Below are positions 61,390-64,000 of a stretch of 64,000 nucleotides of DNA, in pieces (position 1 is the stretch's first letter; every line of letters starts with the position of its first letter). The stretch is taken from contig JAFTGE010000012.1 in assembly GCA_017458085.1 (NCBI GenBank), forward strand, positions 176 through 64,175. The letters are read 5' to 3'. Source of the stretch: Oscillospiraceae bacterium. GTDB taxonomy: Bacteria > Bacillota > Clostridia > Oscillospirales > Oscillospiraceae. The notes below the pieces were generated by a model. That model saw only the letters and a program-made list of their open reading frames with translations, searched no databases and was not told the origin of the DNA. A program made the translations under genes and the position numbers.

Positions 61390-62274
61390 TTAAACAAAGG
61401 CACCAATGCCGGGGATAAAGCCGATCGCTGTCAGTACAGCCGCCAGCAACAGGATGATACCCATGATTGCCAGAGGAGACCAGTTCTTTTTAGCGTAGAG
61501 ATTGTACACAAAGAGAGTCAGTCCCAGAGGAACGATCTTCGGGAAGACGCTGTTGAGCAGATTGTCGAGGTTGAAGACGGAGATGGTGCCGTCCACATAG
61601 CTCTTGGAAGCCTCGTCAAACACCTGGGTAGCGGTCTTGATGTCGATGTTGAGGGAGCAGGTGACAAAGTTGGCGGTCAGGGCGCCCACAACGATCAGGC
61701 CCAGGACGGTGATGGCGTTCATGATCTTATCCAGCTGACCGGACATCATGAAGCGCTGCACGCCTTCCAGACCGGCCTTGTAGCCGAGCTTGAACAGACG
61801 CCAGCTGAGCAGATACGTGCCCAGCGGGTACACAAGCATGTACAGCAGGGCGCCGACCCACGGGGCGGTGGTCAGACCCTGGGCGATGGACAGGCAGATG
61901 GTCAGCAGCAGGGGGATAATGGTGGCAACCCACAGGGAGTCACCGATGGCGGAGGTGGGGCCGATGAGGGCGACCTTCGCGTCCTGAATGGCCTCGGCCG
62001 TGCCGACGCCGTTGGCCAGCTGCTCCTCCATGCCGATGGCGATGCCGTTGCAGACGGAACCGACCTGAGACTCGGTGTTGAACAGGGTGATATGACGCTT
62101 GAGGCCCTCGGCCTTCTCTTCCTTCGTATCATACAGCTCGTCAATGACGGGGGCCATGGACTGACCGAATGCCATGCCCAGCATCGTCTCGGCCTGCTGA
62201 GAGCAGCCATTCCAGAAGAACCACTGCTTGAAGGAATTCTTTAATGTCTTTTCACTGACGGTTTTCGTGGCCAT
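61390..62274 (-). CDS. PTS EIID component, mannose family
   Basis: 294 aa; N-terminal ...FFWNGCSQQAETMLGMAFG..., typical of IID. Confidence 0.9.
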   Translation of the reverse strand: MATKTVSEKTLKNSFKQWFFWNGCSQQAETMLGMAFGQSMAPVIDELYDTKEEKAEGLKRHITLFNTESQVGSVCNGIAIGMEEQLANGVGTAEAIQDAKVALIGPTSAIGDSLWVATIIPLLLTICLSIAQGLTTAPWVGALLYMLVYPLGTYLLSWRLFKLGYKAGLEGVQRFMMSGQLDKIMNAITVLGLIVVGALTANFVTCSLNIDIKTATQVFDEASKSYVDGTISVFNLDNLLNSVFPKIVPLGLTLFVYNLYAKKNWSPLAIMGIILLLAAVLTAIGFIPGIGAFV

Positions 62275-62276
62275 GA

Positions 62277-63053
62277 TTAAGCAACCTCCTTCTTCTCAAG
62301 GATGGCATAGTAGATGACGGCAACGAGAACGGCGATCACCGCGACAGCCATCGTGGACATGCCAAAGTAGGTGGCAAGAACAAAGCCGGCCAGGAAGATG
62401 GCCCAGTGCACGGGCTTCTTGACCAGGAAGGCCAGAATGATGCCCATACCGAGGGCAGCCATCATGCTGCCGAAGGCACTGATACCGGTGGTAAACCAGC
62501 CGGGGATGGAGATGCCGTTGGCAGCGCCCGCAGCACGGATGGCGCTGAGGACGATGACGGCGGGAACGAAGCGGCAGAGAAAGCCGATGCACTGACCGCC
62601 GATGATGTTGGGCATCCACATCTTCTTGCAGTCGCCGGATTCGGCAACCTTGTTGGCCCAGCGGTTGATGAAGACGTCCAGCGCATAGTGGACATTCCAC
62701 ATCGTTCCGCCGACCACGCCGCCGACACCGGCACCGGCGAAGGCCAGACCGATCAGCGCCGCGTTGTCACCCACAGTGCCCTTGAGGGCCAGCGCCATGG
62801 CGGTGCCGATGTAGGTGGCGTAGGACAGATCCCAGGCGACGGCGCCGCCGGGCGTGACGTTTGCCAGATATGCGATCTGCAGGGGGATGCCGACGACCAT
62901 CGCGGTGGAAACATCACCCATGATCAGACCGACGACAAAGGAAGCGACCAGCGGTCTGCCAAGGCAATACCAGCCGATGGTGTTGCCGACGATGGATCCG
63001 ATCGCGCCGAGGTAGCAGAACAGCGCAATCAGGATCACTTGCAATGTGCTCAT
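62277..63053 (-). CDS. PTS EIIC component, mannose family
   Basis: 258 aa, multi-TM, immediately upstream of IID; AAAGGAGGAAA SD. Confidence 0.9.
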   Translation of the reverse strand: MSTLQVILIALFCYLGAIGSIVGNTIGWYCLGRPLVASFVVGLIMGDVSTAMVVGIPLQIAYLANVTPGGAVAWDLSYATYIGTAMALALKGTVGDNAALIGLAFAGAGVGGVVGGTMWNVHYALDVFINRWANKVAESGDCKKMWMPNIIGGQCIGFLCRFVPAVIVLSAIRAAGAANGISIPGWFTTGISAFGSMMAALGMGIILAFLVKKPVHWAIFLAGFVLATYFGMSTMAVAVIAVLVAVIYYAILEKKEVA

Positions 63054-63124
63054 AGATTTTTCCTCCTTTTCAAATTCTCTATTGCTTGTGGGAATGAACC
63101 CAGTTAAGCCAAATCCGGACAGGT

Positions 63125-63619
63125 TTACTTGATCTGCTTGCGGACCTCCTGCCAGGTCCTCGCCGCCGTTTTGGGCACGGTCTGATAAATCAGATTGACT
63201 CCGTCGGCCGCGATTTCGTCAAAGAGCTTGACATCGTCCACGCTGGCGAAGAAAACGCTGCCGCCGCCCTTGGTGAGATTATACTTGGTGTCGGGGCGCT
63301 TGGCCGCATTGCCGATCACCACCGTGTCACAGGACTTCAGCTCCTCCCGCAGATTCTGCAGATCCGCCGGGAAGCGCGTGACGAAGAGACGGTTTTTCTC
63401 GCTCTCTTCGGCAAAGAGCTTCTTTGCCTCATCCATGGTGACCACATGCGCCTTATACTGAGCGGGGATACCCATGAGCATGATGGACTGCAGCGTCGGG
63501 TTGGAGGCGAGCTTGTCGTCGATCGCGACGATCTCCCCGATTTTCCAGAAGCCGCACCAGGCCGTGACGATCTGGCCGTGAATCAAACGGTCGTCAATCC
63601 GCACATAATTTTTTGCCAT
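63125..63619 (-). CDS. PTS EIIB component, mannose/sorbose family
   Basis: Track ORF 63125-63697; ATG 63619 after GAAGGAGGAG; VRIDDRLIHGQIV phospho-His motif. Confidence 0.9.
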   Translation of the reverse strand: MAKNYVRIDDRLIHGQIVTAWCGFWKIGEIVAIDDKLASNPTLQSIMLMGIPAQYKAHVVTMDEAKKLFAEESEKNRLFVTRFPADLQNLREELKSCDTVVIGNAAKRPDTKYNLTKGGGSVFFASVDDVKLFDEIAADGVNLIYQTVPKTAARTWQEVRKQIK

Positions 63620-63663
63620 CGATTCTCCTCCTTCTGTGAATGATGAACGAAAGGTCCTCTCTG

Positions 63664-63696
63664 TGATAAAAATACCACGATCCGGAGATCGTGGCA
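63664..63696 (-). terminator. terminator-like hairpin in the PTS leader (possible attenuator)
   Basis: Minus strand GCCACGATC-tccg-GATCGTGGT followed by ATTTTTAT, about 45 nt upstream of the IIB start. Confidence 0.5.
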
Positions 63697-63757
63697 ATAC
63701 GATGTTAATTTTTAACTAAAATCGGCAAATCTTGACGCGATATTTCAGTCACTATGC

Positions 63758-63786
63758 TTGAAAAAAGGGGCTAACGACCGTATAAT
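63758..63786 (+). promoter_or_regulatory. putative promoter of the 63814 gene
   Basis: TTGAAA (63758-63763), 17-nt spacer, TATAAT (63781-63786). Confidence 0.5.
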
Positions 63787-63813
63787 GCAATCAGAAATGA
63801 TGGAAAGGGAAGG

Positions 63814-64000
63814 ATGAAAATGAAGGAGATCCGCCTCTCCGGAAGGTCAGAGCGCATAACGGCCTGGCTGGTCACCGCCCTGCTGACGGCGCTGCTGCTG
63901 TTCCTCCTGCGCGCGCTGCGAAATGACCCGTCGGCAAGGCTCCTGCTGCTGCTCATCGGACTCGTGGTCCTGGCGGCGACGCTGTTTTATCTGTTGAGCG
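63814..64000 (+). CDS. partial CDS (5' end) of a small-TM membrane protein; runs off the window
   Basis: ATG after GGAAAGGGAAGG; MKMKEIRLSGRSERITAWLVTALLTALLLFLLRALRNDPSARLLLLLIGLVVLAATLFYLLS (two hydrophobic helices); open to the window end. Confidence 0.45.
   Translation, partial: MKMKEIRLSGRSERITAWLVTALLTALLLFLLRALRNDPSARLLLLLIGLVVLAATLFYLLS

Noticed and set aside
63687-63705. TGGCAATACGATGTT as a sigma-54 (-24/-12) promoter for the mannose PTS
   Set aside because: The -12 element (TTGC) is absent, the motif is on the strand pointing away from the PTS genes, and no LevR/NtrC-type activator is encoded.
1-64000. Scan for CRISPR arrays, tRNA/rRNA genes, IS elements, prophage or classical defence-system genes
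   Set aside because: No regularly spaced direct repeats, no cloverleaf-capable intergenic segments (gaps are short and otherwise explained), and no transposase, integrase, restriction, Cas or toxin-antitoxin-like ORFs were recognised.

Overview
GC-rich, densely coding chromosomal segment. Strong GGAGG-type Shine-Dalgarno sites, a Phe T-box leader and IreB/YlmH/RecX/Noc-like genes suggest a Gram-positive Clostridia/Oscillospirales-like organism, but that origin is inference only. I support about 60 protein genes. I saw no rRNA, tRNA, CRISPR array, transposase, integrase or phage genes. Gene order: rpiB; three membrane/secreted hypotheticals; ireB; T-box-controlled pheS-pheT; a lipoprotein; a MATE pump; galK-ridA; a long minus-strand unit (giant solute-binding lipoprotein, two sugar-ABC permeases, then an HlyD-like adaptor and a MacB-periplasmic-domain 'half permease', no ATPase); two OmpR/HisKA two-component pairs; MFS; pepT; DUF1385-prmC-recA-recX-rimO-pgsA-cysS; an orphan Noc/ParB-like gene; EamA, GNAT and AGCS genes; an SGNH hydrolase coupled to lplA; LacI plus split transketolase; a TRAP/HpcH-aldolase/2-hydroxyacid-dehydrogenase operon divergent from a second dehydrogenase and a four-gene 2-oxoacid dehydrogenase complex; and an RpiR-linked mannose-family PTS locus. 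The strongest candidate for an undescribed system is at 25430-28757. One ORF there fuses a TetM/EF-G-like ribosome-binding GTPase to a Rae1/YacP-type NYN endoribonuclease, and it overlaps the start of a YlmH-like S4-domain gene by 14 nt. I read this as a possible stalled-ribosome mRNA-cleavage/rescue module. Other structure not explained by the genes: a 180-bp highly structured repeat present twice (5 substitutions); a second family of nested GTGGAG/CTCCAC palindromic elements placed right after stop codons; two convergent-gene terminators sharing the same GGGGCTGTGAAG stem; a tandem OB-fold duplication inside pheT; a 153-bp triple-hairpin spacer splitting a response-regulator/kinase pair; an AT-rich 480-bp control region with a perfect 12-bp inverted repeat and many TGTTTC/GAAACA half-sites; and several SD-preceded micro-ORFs. 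All coordinates and alignments were done by eye; no database search was possible.
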